A stretch of 64,000 nucleotides of DNA. Source: Candidatus Pacearchaeota archaeon. GTDB lineage: Archaea; Nanobdellota; Nanobdellia; Pacearchaeales; GW2011-AR1. Positions 45,442 through 55,539 of the stretch are shown here, one piece after another; the first letter of the stretch is position 1, and each line of letters opens with the position of its first letter. The translations under genes were made by a program, and so were the position numbers. Under the pieces are notes generated by a model. That model saw only the letters and a list, made by a program, of their open reading frames with translations, ran no database searches and had not been told where the DNA came from. The stretch covers positions 15,876 through 79,875 of the forward strand of contig JAGLGM010000003.1 of assembly GCA_023144035.1 (NCBI GenBank). The letters run 5' to 3'.

Positions 45442-46725
45442 ATGGCAAAAGAAAAACCAAATATGAATACTGTTTTTGTTGGACATGTTGATGCAGGAAA
45501 ATCAACAATAGTTGGACAAACAATGTTTCAATCAGGAGTTGTTCCTGAACAAGAAATGAAAAAATTAAGAGAAGAAGCTGAAAAACATGGTAAAATTGGT
45601 TTTGAATTCGCATATATTATGGATAAAATTAAAGAGGAAAGAGAAAGAGGAGTTACTATTGATTTAGCATATAAGAAACTTATGACTCCAAAAAGACAAA
45701 TTACAATCATTGACGCACCTGGACACAGAGACTTTGTTAAGAACATGATTACTGGTGCTTCGCAAGCAGATGCTGCTTTCTTGGTTATTGCTGCTCCTGC
45801 AGGTGTTCAACCACAAACAACTGAACATTTATGGTTATTACGAACAATGGGTGTTAAGAACTTATGTATTGCTGTAAATAAAATGGATGCTGTTGATTAT
45901 AAAGAAGATAAATTTAATGAAGTTAAAAAAGGTGTTGGAGAATTATTAACACAAGTAGGTATTAATGCTGAACAAACTACTTTTATTGCATGTTCTGGAT
46001 TAAAAGGAGATAATATTGTTGAAAAATCAAAAAATATGGATTGGTATAAAGGACCAACAATATTTGAACAATTTGATTTATTCCCTAGTGTTGAATTACC
46101 AACTAATTTACCAATGAGAATGCCTGTTCAAGATGTTTATGAAATTACAGGTATTGGTACTGTTCCTGTTGGAAAAATTGAAACAGGAGTTATGACTCTT
46201 GGTCAAAAAGTTAAAGTGTTGCCTGGACGAACTGGAGATGGTATTGACGGTGAAGTTAAAACTATAGAAATGCATCATGAACAAATGCAAGAAGCTCAAG
46301 CAGGAGATAATGTAGGTATTAATGTTAGAGGAGTAGGTAAAAAAGATATTGCAAGAGGGGATGTTATTTGTGAAGCTGCAAACCCAATTCCAATTGTTGA
46401 AGAATTTATTGCACAAATTGCAGTTATTAATCACCAAACTGTATTAGCTAAAGGATACACGCCTGTATTCCATATACACACAGCTCAAGTACCTTGTCAA
46501 TTTATAGAATTAATAGAACAAATTGATCCTAAAACTGGTGAAGTTATTAAAGAAAATCCTGATTTCTTAAAAAATGGAGATGTTGCTAAAGTTAGAGTTA
46601 AGCCTCAAGGAAGATTAGCTTTAGAAACTCAAAAAGACAACCCATATACTTCAAGATTTGCAGTTAGAGATGCAGGTGCAACTGTTGCTGCTGGTATGTG
46701 TATTGAAATTACTAAGAAGAAATAA
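45442..46725 (+). CDS. tuf: Translation elongation factor 1-alpha (aEF-1alpha)
   Basis: GHVDAGKST, DAPGHRDF, NKMD. Confidence 0.95.
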   Translation: MAKEKPNMNTVFVGHVDAGKSTIVGQTMFQSGVVPEQEMKKLREEAEKHGKIGFEFAYIMDKIKEERERGVTIDLAYKKLMTPKRQITIIDAPGHRDFVKNMITGASQADAAFLVIAAPAGVQPQTTEHLWLLRTMGVKNLCIAVNKMDAVDYKEDKFNEVKKGVGELLTQVGINAEQTTFIACSGLKGDNIVEKSKNMDWYKGPTIFEQFDLFPSVELPTNLPMRMPVQDVYEITGIGTVPVGKIETGVMTLGQKVKVLPGRTGDGIDGEVKTIEMHHEQMQEAQAGDNVGINVRGVGKKDIARGDVICEAANPIPIVEEFIAQIAVINHQTVLAKGYTPVFHIHTAQVPCQFIELIEQIDPKTGEVIKENPDFLKNGDVAKVRVKPQGRLALETQKDNPYTSRFAVRDAGATVAAGMCIEITKKK

Positions 46726-46771
46726 GTCTAAAAAAATGATTGACTTTAGAGAATAGTTCTAAAAAATTAAG

Positions 46772-47026
46772 ATGACAAATGAACAAAATATGTCTGATGT
46801 CTTTTCTAGAAATAAGATTAAATTAGAAAGATTACTTAAAGAAGTTAATTTAACCCCTCAAATGAAAGAAGTTATCCAAGTATCACTAGATTTTGCATAT
46901 GCTGCTGCATATTCTTTAAAAACTTGTGAGAAGGATGAATCTGATTGTAATGCTCAAATATATATTCAAGGTTATGAATCTGTGAAAAGGTTAATTGATG
47001 AAAAGAAGACTTCTGAACCTCAATAA
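46772..47026 (+). CDS. Hypothetical small protein
   Basis: ORF track only. Confidence 0.35.
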   Translation: MTNEQNMSDVFSRNKIKLERLLKEVNLTPQMKEVIQVSLDFAYAAAYSLKTCEKDESDCNAQIYIQGYESVKRLIDEKKTSEPQ

Positions 47027-47057
47027 TTCTTAAATACCTATTATAATTTAATAATTC

Positions 47058-47636
47058 ATGTTAGGAAGTGAATTATCTAAATCAGATGTTGAATCAAAAT
47101 TAATTGGAAAAGGAGATTTTGTGAACATTGATTATTTAAGCAAACTTTTGAATGAAAAACTTCATAGAGATACTAAAAAATTTGTTTATTTGAAATTAAT
47201 AGAGATTTATGATAGGAAAAAAATGTTTAATGATGTTGCAAAAATGTATGAAGGAATTGCAAAAATATCAATTGCTTTTTCAGAACAAATAAAAAACCAC
47301 TTAAATGCTACTCAATATTATATTAAGGCTGGATTTTTTGATAAAGCAAATTATTCTATGAGAAATGCTTTAAATGAAGCTAATTCTGTTGAAAGAGAAG
47401 AAATTAACTTTTCTGTTAAAGAATTTTATAAAAAACAAGCAGAAGAACATGAAAGAGAACTAAAAAGAAATCATGCTGCAAAAATATACGAGAAACTACT
47501 TGAAATGAATATAACAGACCAAGAAAGAAAAGAAATCAAAGAAAAATTAATGGAATTATATGAAAAATTAGGAAGATTAAAAGAATTTTATGCTATGAAA
47601 AAGTTTGAGGAAAAAGAATTTAGACTAAGTCCTTAA
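47058..47636 (+). CDS. Hypothetical helical protein
   Basis: ORF track only. Confidence 0.4.
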   Translation: MLGSELSKSDVESKLIGKGDFVNIDYLSKLLNEKLHRDTKKFVYLKLIEIYDRKKMFNDVAKMYEGIAKISIAFSEQIKNHLNATQYYIKAGFFDKANYSMRNALNEANSVEREEINFSVKEFYKKQAEEHERELKRNHAAKIYEKLLEMNITDQERKEIKEKLMELYEKLGRLKEFYAMKKFEEKEFRLSP

Positions 47637-47707
47637 AGTAAATTTTTGTCCATAAACCGTCTATAAACTTTTCTAATCAAATAAACAACAGGAGGTAAAT
47701 TTAAAAA

Positions 47708-47911
47708 ATGAAAAAACCTAATAAAGATATAAAAAAAGAGGATGAAATGGCTAAGAGAAACAATGTAATTGATGGATGGGGTTTAATAATTTTGATTATT
47801 GGATTGGCAATGAAATTTTTAAGTCAAGATAATAATATTGCTAATGTGGGATTATTACTTATAATTGTAGGAGTTATAAGAATCTTTTATGTCTTAATTA
47901 AACATGGATAA
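47708..47911 (+). CDS. Small membrane protein
   Basis: Two hydrophobic helices. Confidence 0.35.
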   Translation: MKKPNKDIKKEDEMAKRNNVIDGWGLIILIIGLAMKFLSQDNNIANVGLLLIIVGVIRIFYVLIKHG

Positions 47912-48098
47912 AAAATTAACTTGGAGCGTTGTTGTATTTTTATATGTAAGAGCTATTGCTGGACTCATAATTATCTTTTATCCTTTTCAGCCGACATACT
48001 TAAACGCTATCTTATCTACAATAGGGGCGTTAATTTTATTTACTTCGGGTTTAGAGATAAAATTCTCACACATACTTAAATCAGTAACCAAATCGTAA
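47904..48098 (+). CDS. Small membrane protein
   Basis: Two hydrophobic helices; overlaps previous by 8 nt. Confidence 0.35.
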   Translation: MDKKLTWSVVVFLYVRAIAGLIIIFYPFQPTYLNAILSTIGALILFTSGLEIKFSHILKSVTKS

Positions 48099-48100
48099 AA

Positions 48101-49126
48101 TTAATTAGAATATCTCCCAATCACAGTCAAATTATAACACAAAGATTTTAATAACATTTCATTATCCTTTGCTGTGTCGGTTTTTGTTCGCAACCAATTA
48201 GTAAGTTTCTTTTTCATAACTGAAAAAACAGATTCAACTAAAACCCTATAACGATACGATTCATGCCAAATTTCCTCTTCATTTTTATACAGATGGAAAG
48301 CATCACTCCATGCTTTACTCTTTGGATGTTTACCTGTTATATTTGATTTGAAATCAATAAAAACTTCCTTTATTCCAAGTTCCTGACATAAAGAATAATT
48401 ATCTTTGCTTAAATAACCTGCATCAGCGAGACATTTTTCGATAAGAAAACCATTTTTACAAACATTAGAAACAATCTCATTAAACATAGGACAATCATGT
48501 TGAGTTCCATGAGTTGGAATAGCATAAGCAATTATTTTGCTGTTTGTTAAACAACCAATATGTAACTTTTTAGTTTTGGTTAATGAGGGGGCAGAAGGAT
48601 TAGATTTTGGTTTATTTGAATAACCCCCAACATACATTTTAAGTCCGAACCAAGTTGAGTCTATAGCCAAAGTATTTTCCTGATTAAGAAAAGGCATAGC
48701 AGAAATTTGTATTAATTTGCTTAACTTTTTTGTTAAGGTCTTGTCATTCATATATTTACTTAAAGTGCTTCGTTTGGGTATTGATGAAATTACACCTAAA
48801 CTTTTTGCTAAAAGTAAGTCTGATTGAACTCTACGATAAGAAAGACCATTCAAAGATAGGATTAATAATGATTTGAAAATATCATTTAAATTGAATCTTG
48901 GTCTTCCTTCATATTGAGGCATGTTCAAAACAGCATTATCAATAAATTCAGAGCAAATTTTTAGAAATCTTGCTCTTTCAGTTTCAAGGTAATTTTCTTG
49001 TTTTTTAAGCACAGGAAGTGTAGTAGTCATTGTCATTTTATATATATTTAGACTGAATATTATTAAATAATAATGATATAAAGGTATATAAATGTATCTA
49101 TTTTTGATAATATATAGTCTGAACAT
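48101..49126 (-). CDS. DDE transposase (IS4/IS5-like, DDE_Tnp_1 type); true start probably internal (MTMTTTLPVL…)
   Basis: LAIDSTWF (D), CLADAGYLSKDN (D), YRYRVLVESVFSVMKKKL (E, Y-R-E-K). Confidence 0.65.
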   Translation of the reverse strand: MFRLYIIKNRYIYIPLYHYYLIIFSLNIYKMTMTTTLPVLKKQENYLETERARFLKICSEFIDNAVLNMPQYEGRPRFNLNDIFKSLLILSLNGLSYRRVQSDLLLAKSLGVISSIPKRSTLSKYMNDKTLTKKLSKLIQISAMPFLNQENTLAIDSTWFGLKMYVGGYSNKPKSNPSAPSLTKTKKLHIGCLTNSKIIAYAIPTHGTQHDCPMFNEIVSNVCKNGFLIEKCLADAGYLSKDNYSLCQELGIKEVFIDFKSNITGKHPKSKAWSDAFHLYKNEEEIWHESYRYRVLVESVFSVMKKKLTNWLRTKTDTAKDNEMLLKSLCYNLTVIGRYSN

Positions 49127-49150
49127 TATATTAATTAATAATAAAAAGAC
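48101..49150. mobile_element. Putative IS element; ends not defined
   Basis: Transposase ORF; AT-rich ends with ttaatta-containing imperfect inverted sequence and two agactgaa(t/c)att repeats at 49059-49125. Confidence 0.4.
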
Positions 49151-49155
49151 TGAAA

Positions 49156-49518
49156 ATGATTAAAAAAACCAAAAGTTTATATAATAAAAAGTCTAAGTAT
49201 TATAGACTAATAATGAAAATGAAAGAAAAAATCAATCCAGATGAGAGTATAATGTTTCTTAAAAAAAAGATAATAGACGCTTTAGGAGAGAGCAAAGAAG
49301 TAAGAGAATCTAAGAAAGTATTTTTCGACAAAAAAGCAAATCAATTTTCAATCAAAATCCCAAAATCTTTAGCATTAAAATCAGGTCTTAATGATTCCAG
49401 TATTTTTGATTTAGTACTTAAAACAAAAAAAGATGAAACATTAGACAAAATTAAGAAGTCAAAATTAGTAATTTTCTTAAAAGAAAATGATAACAAACAA
49501 AGAGAAAATAGTAGTTAA
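49156..49518 (+). CDS. Hypothetical protein
   Basis: ORF track only. Confidence 0.35.
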   Translation: MIKKTKSLYNKKSKYYRLIMKMKEKINPDESIMFLKKKIIDALGESKEVRESKKVFFDKKANQFSIKIPKSLALKSGLNDSSIFDLVLKTKKDETLDKIKKSKLVIFLKENDNKQRENSS

Positions 49519-49756
49519 TAAAAAAGCTATGGAAATACTTAAAAGTATTCATAATAGCGAAGGGTCTATGACTGCTAATAAGATATCAGAAAAAACAGGT
49601 ATTGCTTATGTTACTGTTCAAAAATATCTTAAAGCATTAAAAGAGACGAAGTTAGTTGTTCAAAAAGAAAAGGGAGCAAAGAAAAAGAAAGGACAAAAGA
49701 GTAAGAGTATCCATTATAGTTTGAATTATAATTATCTTCATTCAAAAGAAATTTAA
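49487..49756 (+). CDS. Winged-HTH DNA-binding protein
   Basis: ANKISEKTGIAYVTVQKYLKALKETKLV. Confidence 0.45.
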   Translation: MITNKEKIVVNKKAMEILKSIHNSEGSMTANKISEKTGIAYVTVQKYLKALKETKLVVQKEKGAKKKKGQKSKSIHYSLNYNYLHSKEI

Positions 49757-49776
49757 AAATAAAAATTAATTTGGAT

Positions 49777-50232
49777 TTATTCAACTTGGTCTATGGTTGT
49801 TGTTACTGTATAAGTTCCAGTTTCCAACATACTATCTAATTCATATGAAACATAAAGTCTTACCCAATTCTGAGAGGTAGCATTCTCATATTTTCCTGAG
49901 AGAGTTATTGTTTCACCTTCTAATAAAATATTGTAAAAAAGGTTAGGTTCATATTCATATTCATAAACTACATTTATTCCGTCAGGAGCATCATTAGATA
50001 CTGTAATAGTTATAGGAAAGTTTGCATCATTTTGTATTAAAACATTTTCCCCTGTTCCAACAGTTTCTCCCGCCATTGCATCAAAAGTATATGATAAATC
50101 TCCTGTAACTGTAATTGGTTGAATTACTTCAATATCTGCTGTTATTTGTGCATAATAAAGCATTAATCCTGCCTCAACTACTGTTAAAATAACTCCAACA
50201 ATAATAATTGCTATTAAAAATTTCTTATTCAT
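49777..50232 (-). CDS. Secreted/membrane-anchored hypothetical protein
   Basis: N-terminal hydrophobic anchor LIAIIIVGVILTVVEAGLMLYYA. Confidence 0.4.
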   Translation of the reverse strand: MNKKFLIAIIIVGVILTVVEAGLMLYYAQITADIEVIQPITVTGDLSYTFDAMAGETVGTGENVLIQNDANFPITITVSNDAPDGINVVYEYEYEPNLFYNILLEGETITLSGKYENATSQNWVRLYVSYELDSMLETGTYTVTTTIDQVE

Positions 50233-50264
50233 TTTCGCTTATTTAACCTCCCTTTCAACTTTAT

Positions 50265-50573
50265 TCATTTTAAGAATGTAATCAGTTTAGTTAATGGGGA
50301 AATCCCCCCTCTTACAATGCCTTTTAAGAAAGGTTTATCTCTAATAAAATCTGCAATTGGAGGACTATTATTATAATAGAAATTAACAAATCCTTTTCCA
50401 AAAGAATTTTTTAGCAAGTTGTTATCTCTCCAATATCTTAAAACCCTGACTTGTTCGCTATCTTTACCATAACAAGCAGTTGCTATAAAACAGCCTTTAG
50501 TCTTAATCCTCCTCGTATGCCCTCTCACTTTCACATATTTATATCCCATTTTATACCTTGTCAAATATGACAA
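50265..50573 (-). CDS. Hypothetical protein with CFIATAxYG motif
   Basis: KGCFIATACYGKDSEQVRVLRYWRDN. Confidence 0.35.
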   Translation of the reverse strand: MSYLTRYKMGYKYVKVRGHTRRIKTKGCFIATACYGKDSEQVRVLRYWRDNNLLKNSFGKGFVNFYYNNSPPIADFIRDKPFLKGIVRGGISPLTKLITFLK

Positions 50574-50878
50574 TCTGTATATTTAAATATTTCGGTAATA
50601 TAAACAATATGACAAAGATTGACATACTCAAATTAAAGAATGTCTTTTCTGCATTAGCTAATGAAAAAAGAATTAGGATAATTGAATTATGTTCTCAAAA
50701 AGGAAGAACGGTAACAGAATTAAGTAAGTTATTGAAACTAAATTATAGTATAACTGTTGAATATACAAGTATGTTAGCTAAGGTAAATCTTGTAGAAAAG
50801 AAGCGTAATAAAGATAGAACAGTCAGTGTAAAGTCTTTAATTAAACTGAATAATTGTGGAGAGATTAAAAAAATTTAA
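50558..50878 (+). CDS. ArsR-type HTH regulator; start probably 50609 (MTKIDIL…)
   Basis: VFSALANEKRIRIIELCSQKGRTVTELSKLLKLNYSITVEYTSMLAKVNLV. Confidence 0.55.
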   Translation: MSNMTICIFKYFGNINNMTKIDILKLKNVFSALANEKRIRIIELCSQKGRTVTELSKLLKLNYSITVEYTSMLAKVNLVEKKRNKDRTVSVKSLIKLNNCGEIKKI

Positions 50879-51090
50879 TAGACAGTTTATGGACAGAAAA
50901 GACTTTGTGGACTTAGTCAAGAATTTAGTAAGCTTTAAAAACCTACTCCGGTTCTAATTTATATTAGAAAGATACAATAGATTATTATTAATCACGATCA
51001 CAATTAATTTCAGATTTATACTTTGTCTTTGAGGGTGAACTGACATAAGTCAGTTATTTTTCTAATAAATTAAATTAAATAGGAGAAAAA

Positions 51091-52251
51091 ATGGCAAAAA
51101 TAAGTCCAGTATCGATAAAATACATGATACATTTAACTTTTATAGCCGAAGGTGCATTAGAAAAACCAGATGTAATTGGTGCTTTATTTGGTCAAACAGA
51201 AGGTTTACTTGGTGCTGATTTAGAAATGAGGGAATTACAAAAAGAAGGAAAAATTGGTAGAATTGAAGTTGATTTAGAAAGAAAAGATAGAAAAACAACT
51301 GGAAAAATCAAAATTCCTACTGCCTTAGATCAATCAGAAACAACTTTAATTGCAGCTGCTGTTGAAACTATTGAAAGAATTGGACCATGTGACTCTCAAA
51401 TTGAAGTTGAAAGAGTTGAAGATATTAGAGGGAGTAAGAGAGATTACATTGTTGAAAGAGCTAAAAAATTAATGCAAGAAATTGAAGGCTCAACAGATTC
51501 TAGAGAAATTTCAAATGAAATTAAAGATTCTAAAAAAATTGCTGGAGTTTCAGAATATGGAGATGATAAACTTCCTTGTGGAGATCTTTCTGGAAAAGAA
51601 GTAATTGTTGTTGAAGGTAGAGCAGATGTTATTAATTTATTAAGAAATGGCATTAAGAATGTAATTGCTATGAATGGTACAAAACTTCCTGATTCTATTA
51701 AGCAATTAAGTGAAGAAAAAGAGATAACTCTTTTTATTGATGGAGATAGAGGGGGAAAATTAATTGCTCAAAATGTTATGGATAATGCAAAAATAGTTTA
51801 CATTGCAGTAGCACCTGACGGAAAAGAAGTTGAAGAATTAACTGGAAAAGAAATCATCGCAAACTTAAGAAAGAAAGTTCCTGCAAAAGATTTCTTTTCT
51901 AAGGTTTCTTTTAAAGCAAGGAATGCTCCTTTACAAAACTCTGATACAAAAAAAGTTGAAAAGTTTGAACTAAATGAAGATGATAAAAATAAACTTAAAG
52001 AAATTTCTAAAAAAAATCAAGGTTCTGGAAAAGCAATTCTTTTAAATGATAAATTAGAAGAAATAAAATTAATTTCAACAAGAAGTTTAACTAGTTTTTT
52101 AAGAAGAAATAGATTAAATCCTTTAGCAATAGTAATTGACGGTCTTGTTACAAATTCGATTATTCAAGTTGCAGAAGAAATTAATTGTAAAGTTTTAGTT
52201 GCTAGTAACTTTGCAACAACTGATACAAATATTCAATTATTAAGTTTATGA
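51091..52251 (+). CDS. dnaG: Archaeal DnaG-type primase (TOPRIM)
   Basis: N-terminal MAKISPVSIKYMIHLTFIAEG…; TOPRIM EVIVVEGRADVINL … FIDGDRGG. Confidence 0.8.
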   Translation: MAKISPVSIKYMIHLTFIAEGALEKPDVIGALFGQTEGLLGADLEMRELQKEGKIGRIEVDLERKDRKTTGKIKIPTALDQSETTLIAAAVETIERIGPCDSQIEVERVEDIRGSKRDYIVERAKKLMQEIEGSTDSREISNEIKDSKKIAGVSEYGDDKLPCGDLSGKEVIVVEGRADVINLLRNGIKNVIAMNGTKLPDSIKQLSEEKEITLFIDGDRGGKLIAQNVMDNAKIVYIAVAPDGKEVEELTGKEIIANLRKKVPAKDFFSKVSFKARNAPLQNSDTKKVEKFELNEDDKNKLKEISKKNQGSGKAILLNDKLEEIKLISTRSLTSFLRRNRLNPLAIVIDGLVTNSIIQVAEEINCKVLVASNFATTDTNIQLLSL

Positions 52252-52292
52252 TTTTTAGAAAGATTTTTATATGAATTATTTATCTGGAAAGA

Positions 52293-52661
52293 ATGGTAAA
52301 CAAAAATAATGAAGAATCTGTAAGTGATAATTTCAAAGAAGCAAGAGGATTTGTTAAGAAGTGGTATGATTTAAATCTCACATTAATTGAACAAGTTGAA
52401 TTAAAAAAAATTGTTGAACACACAACCAACATTTATATTAATGATAAAAAAGAATATGGAAAAAAATATAGTAAATGGCAAATAAGACCTTCTCTAGAAG
52501 CTATGTATATTTTTATGAACAAAAACTATGGTACTCAAATTACAGATTATGGTAGTTTATATGAAATTAACTATAAAAGGAATCAAGATATGAATGAAAA
52601 AGGATATGACTCTTTTCCAGAATTTTTTAAAAAGATGCAAGAAGAAATGCACTTCCCTTAA
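52293..52661 (+). CDS. Hypothetical protein
   Basis: ORF track only. Confidence 0.4.
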   Translation: MVNKNNEESVSDNFKEARGFVKKWYDLNLTLIEQVELKKIVEHTTNIYINDKKEYGKKYSKWQIRPSLEAMYIFMNKNYGTQITDYGSLYEINYKRNQDMNEKGYDSFPEFFKKMQEEMHFP

Positions 52662-52804
52662 TTCTTTTTTACAAACAAGTCACTACATGTAACTAACAAT
52701 TAGGTATTTAGTAGTAACTATTAAATTACAACAGATAGTAAGATTTATAAATCAGAATATATGAATATAAATACAGAAAAAAATTCTGTATTAATTAAAT
52801 AAAA

Positions 52805-54010
52805 ATGAACACAAAAATGAACACAAAGAACCTTATGGTTTCTTTCTGTACTATTGCAATTGTTTTATTCTTAGTAGCTTTTGTTAGTGCTGCTGAGATA
52901 GCCACAATTGATTCTGTAGAAGTTAATGGTGTTGATACAAACGGATATAATGTTGCTGTTATTGCTGGTAATACTTTAAATATTGAAGTATTATTCACTG
53001 CTCTGTCAGATAATTCTAATGTAAGAATTGAAGCAGAACTTACAGGAACTAAAGTTGATGTTAGTGAAAAAACTGCATTCTTTGATGTTGAAGCTGACAA
53101 GACCTATCCAAAATCTCTTGAGTTAACTCTTCCTTACGAACTTAAAGATGTTCAAAGTGGAGATTTTAATCTTAATGTAAGAATTTGGAATAGTGAAACT
53201 GAGTCAGAATATAGCACTATTTTAAGAATTCAAAGACCTTCATTCAATGCAGATGTTATGTCTATAGAAGTTAGTCAAACTGTTGTTGCTGGTGAAATGC
53301 TACCAGTTGATGTTGTATTAAAGAACATTGGTTACAATGATCTTGATGATACATATGTTACTGTAAGTATTCCTGCACTTGGTATTGAAAAAACTTCTTA
53401 TTTTGGAGATATTGTATCTTTAGAAGATAATGACAATGATGATTTTGCTAAAGGAAGATTTTATTTAAGAGTTCCATACGAAGCTCTTGAAGGAATCTAT
53501 ACTATTGAAGTAGAAGTATCAAATGATGACTTAAACGTAATTGAATCTGAAGAAATTATTGTTAAAAATGATTTCTCAGCTGGAAACTTAATTGTAAATA
53601 GTTTTAGAAAAATTGTAGCAACTGGTCAAGATGCTGAATATAGTTTCATGATTGTAAACCCAACTAATCAGTTAAAGGTTTATCAAATCGTTACTGAATC
53701 TAACAGTAATCTTTATACAAATGCTAACACTGCTGTTATTGCTGTTCCTGCTGGAACAAGTAAGACAGTTACTGTAACTGCAAATGCTGTTGAAGAAGGT
53801 GAACACACTTTTAATGTGAATGTGCTTTCTGGAAACAACCTTGAAGGAGTTATTACATTTAGCCTTAATGCTGAAGGTAAACAATCAAACTCTATCGCAG
53901 TTTTAACAGTTATTTTAGCAATAGTATTTTTAGTATTACTAGTTGTTTTAATTGTATTACTAGGAAAGAAACCCCAAAAAACTGAAGAATTCGGAGAAAG
54001 TTATTACTAA
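52805..54010 (+). CDS. Cell-surface protein: signal peptide, Ig-like beta-rich body, C-terminal TM anchor
   Basis: Signal LMVSFCTIAIVLFLVAFVSA; C-terminal IAVLTVILAIVFLVLLVVLIVLLGKK. Confidence 0.55.
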   Translation: MNTKMNTKNLMVSFCTIAIVLFLVAFVSAAEIATIDSVEVNGVDTNGYNVAVIAGNTLNIEVLFTALSDNSNVRIEAELTGTKVDVSEKTAFFDVEADKTYPKSLELTLPYELKDVQSGDFNLNVRIWNSETESEYSTILRIQRPSFNADVMSIEVSQTVVAGEMLPVDVVLKNIGYNDLDDTYVTVSIPALGIEKTSYFGDIVSLEDNDNDDFAKGRFYLRVPYEALEGIYTIEVEVSNDDLNVIESEEIIVKNDFSAGNLIVNSFRKIVATGQDAEYSFMIVNPTNQLKVYQIVTESNSNLYTNANTAVIAVPAGTSKTVTVTANAVEEGEHTFNVNVLSGNNLEGVITFSLNAEGKQSNSIAVLTVILAIVFLVLLVVLIVLLGKKPQKTEEFGESYY

Positions 54011-54087
54011 TTCCTTTTTTATTTTTACTTTTTTTTAGTACTTTCTCCCTTTTTTATATTAATAAAATAAATATAATTTATAATAAA

Positions 54088-54264
54088 ATGACAAACGAAA
54101 ACTACAACGAAAAACAACCAGAATATAATCCTAAAATTGATTATGAAGATGATAATACTTTAGAACAAGTAATTAATTCTTCTAATTCTTTTCCAATGAC
54201 TGAGGAAGTAAAAGATTGTATAAGAATGGTTGATAGAGAAGCTAAGAGAATGAGACAAGAATAA
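54088..54264 (+). CDS. Possible small protein (58 aa)
   Basis: Hand-translated ATG…TAA frame MTNENYNEKQPEYNPKIDYEDDNTLEQVINSSNSFPMTEEVKDCIRMVDREAKRMRQE. Confidence 0.25.
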   Translation: MTNENYNEKQPEYNPKIDYEDDNTLEQVINSSNSFPMTEEVKDCIRMVDREAKRMRQE

Positions 54265-54276
54265 TTTTTAAGCTAA

Positions 54277-54885
54277 TCAAACAAATGGGACAAATATAAA
54301 GCCTTTTTTAGATCTCTTTATCTTAAAACCACCTCTTTTTCTTTCTATAATAACTAAATTTTGATTATATCTTGGACCAACAGGAGCTACAATTAATCCT
54401 TTATCTTTTAATTGAGATAAAACCTTTTTAGGAATAATTTCACAAGCAGCACTTATTAATATTTTATCAAATGGTGCTTTTTCTTTAAGTCCTTGCTTTC
54501 CATCTTTATTATAAACTTTTATATTTTTGTAATTTTTAGTATTTTCTTTTGATTTTTCTGCTAATTCAGGTATAATCTCTATCCCATAGATTTTTCCTTT
54601 CTTGCCTACAATTTCAGATATTAGAGCTAAAACATAACCACTTCCAGAACCAAGTTCTAGAACTTTTTGACCTAATTTTAAATCTAACATCTCTAACATA
54701 ACTGCTATTGTATATGGTTGAGAAATTGTCTGTGCTTTTCCTATTGAAAGAGGTGCATCTTCATATGCTCTATCTTTTAATTGATTTGAAATAAAATTCT
54801 CTCTTTTAACTTTTGAAAAAGCATCTAAGATATTCTCTGGGAAATTCTCTTGTTTTAGATGTTCTATAAGTTGGGGTTTGTTCAT
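54277..54885 (-). CDS. pcm: Protein-L-isoaspartate O-methyltransferase
   Basis: SQPYTIAVMLEML, VLELGSGSGY. Confidence 0.85.
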   Translation of the reverse strand: MNKPQLIEHLKQENFPENILDAFSKVKRENFISNQLKDRAYEDAPLSIGKAQTISQPYTIAVMLEMLDLKLGQKVLELGSGSGYVLALISEIVGKKGKIYGIEIIPELAEKSKENTKNYKNIKVYNKDGKQGLKEKAPFDKILISAACEIIPKKVLSQLKDKGLIVAPVGPRYNQNLVIIERKRGGFKIKRSKKGFIFVPFV

Positions 54886-55158
54886 TTTAAATCTTTAAAC
54901 TAATTATTTTCATTGCAAATTTTTATCTTTTGAAACATTTATTACACTCCAAATATTCTATTTGTTTTTCTTTTCTATTCCACTTAACCACATTAACTTT
55001 TTTTACCTAACAAATTTGTCTTTCCTACTTTAATATATCTTCCTTTGCCAATTGGAAATTTCATCTTTCCAAAATAATTTGCTCCAACATAGGTTTTATC
55101 TTTATTTAATTTTATTTTAAGATTCTCTCCACAAATTACACAATCTCTTTTAATAACA

Positions 55159-55539
55159 TTATTCAATATCTAAACTTATTTTAATTGCCAAATCAACTTG
55201 AGACATCAGATAAGGATTTAGCTTTGAAATTCTTTTTTTAATCATAGATTTATCAACTGTTCTTAATTGATTTAATAAAATATTTGAATCTAATTTGAGT
55301 TTTGAATCTTTTTTAGATAAAAAAACATTTGTGGGAAAGTTTTTTGTAAAATTTCTTGAAGTTATGGCAGCAACAATTATCACAGGACTATATTTATTAT
55401 AAAGATTATTTTGTATAACAATGGCTGGTCGAATCCCTCCTTGCTCTGAGCCTCTAACTGGTTCAAAATCAACAATAACTATGTCTCCTCTAGAGATCAC
55501 CTTCCCACTCCCACTTCGAAAGATCTTCCATTGCTTCAA
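55159..55539 (-). CDS. mazF: MazF/PemK-family endoribonuclease toxin
   Basis: GDIVIVDFEPVRGSEQGGIRPAIVIQNN. Confidence 0.75.
   Translation of the reverse strand: MKQWKIFRSGSGKVISRGDIVIVDFEPVRGSEQGGIRPAIVIQNNLYNKYSPVIIVAAITSRNFTKNFPTNVFLSKKDSKLKLDSNILLNQLRTVDKSMIKKRISKLNPYLMSQVDLAIKISLDIE

Noticed and set aside
46108-46437. 109-aa minus-strand ORF
   Set aside because: Antisense inside the EF-1alpha gene.
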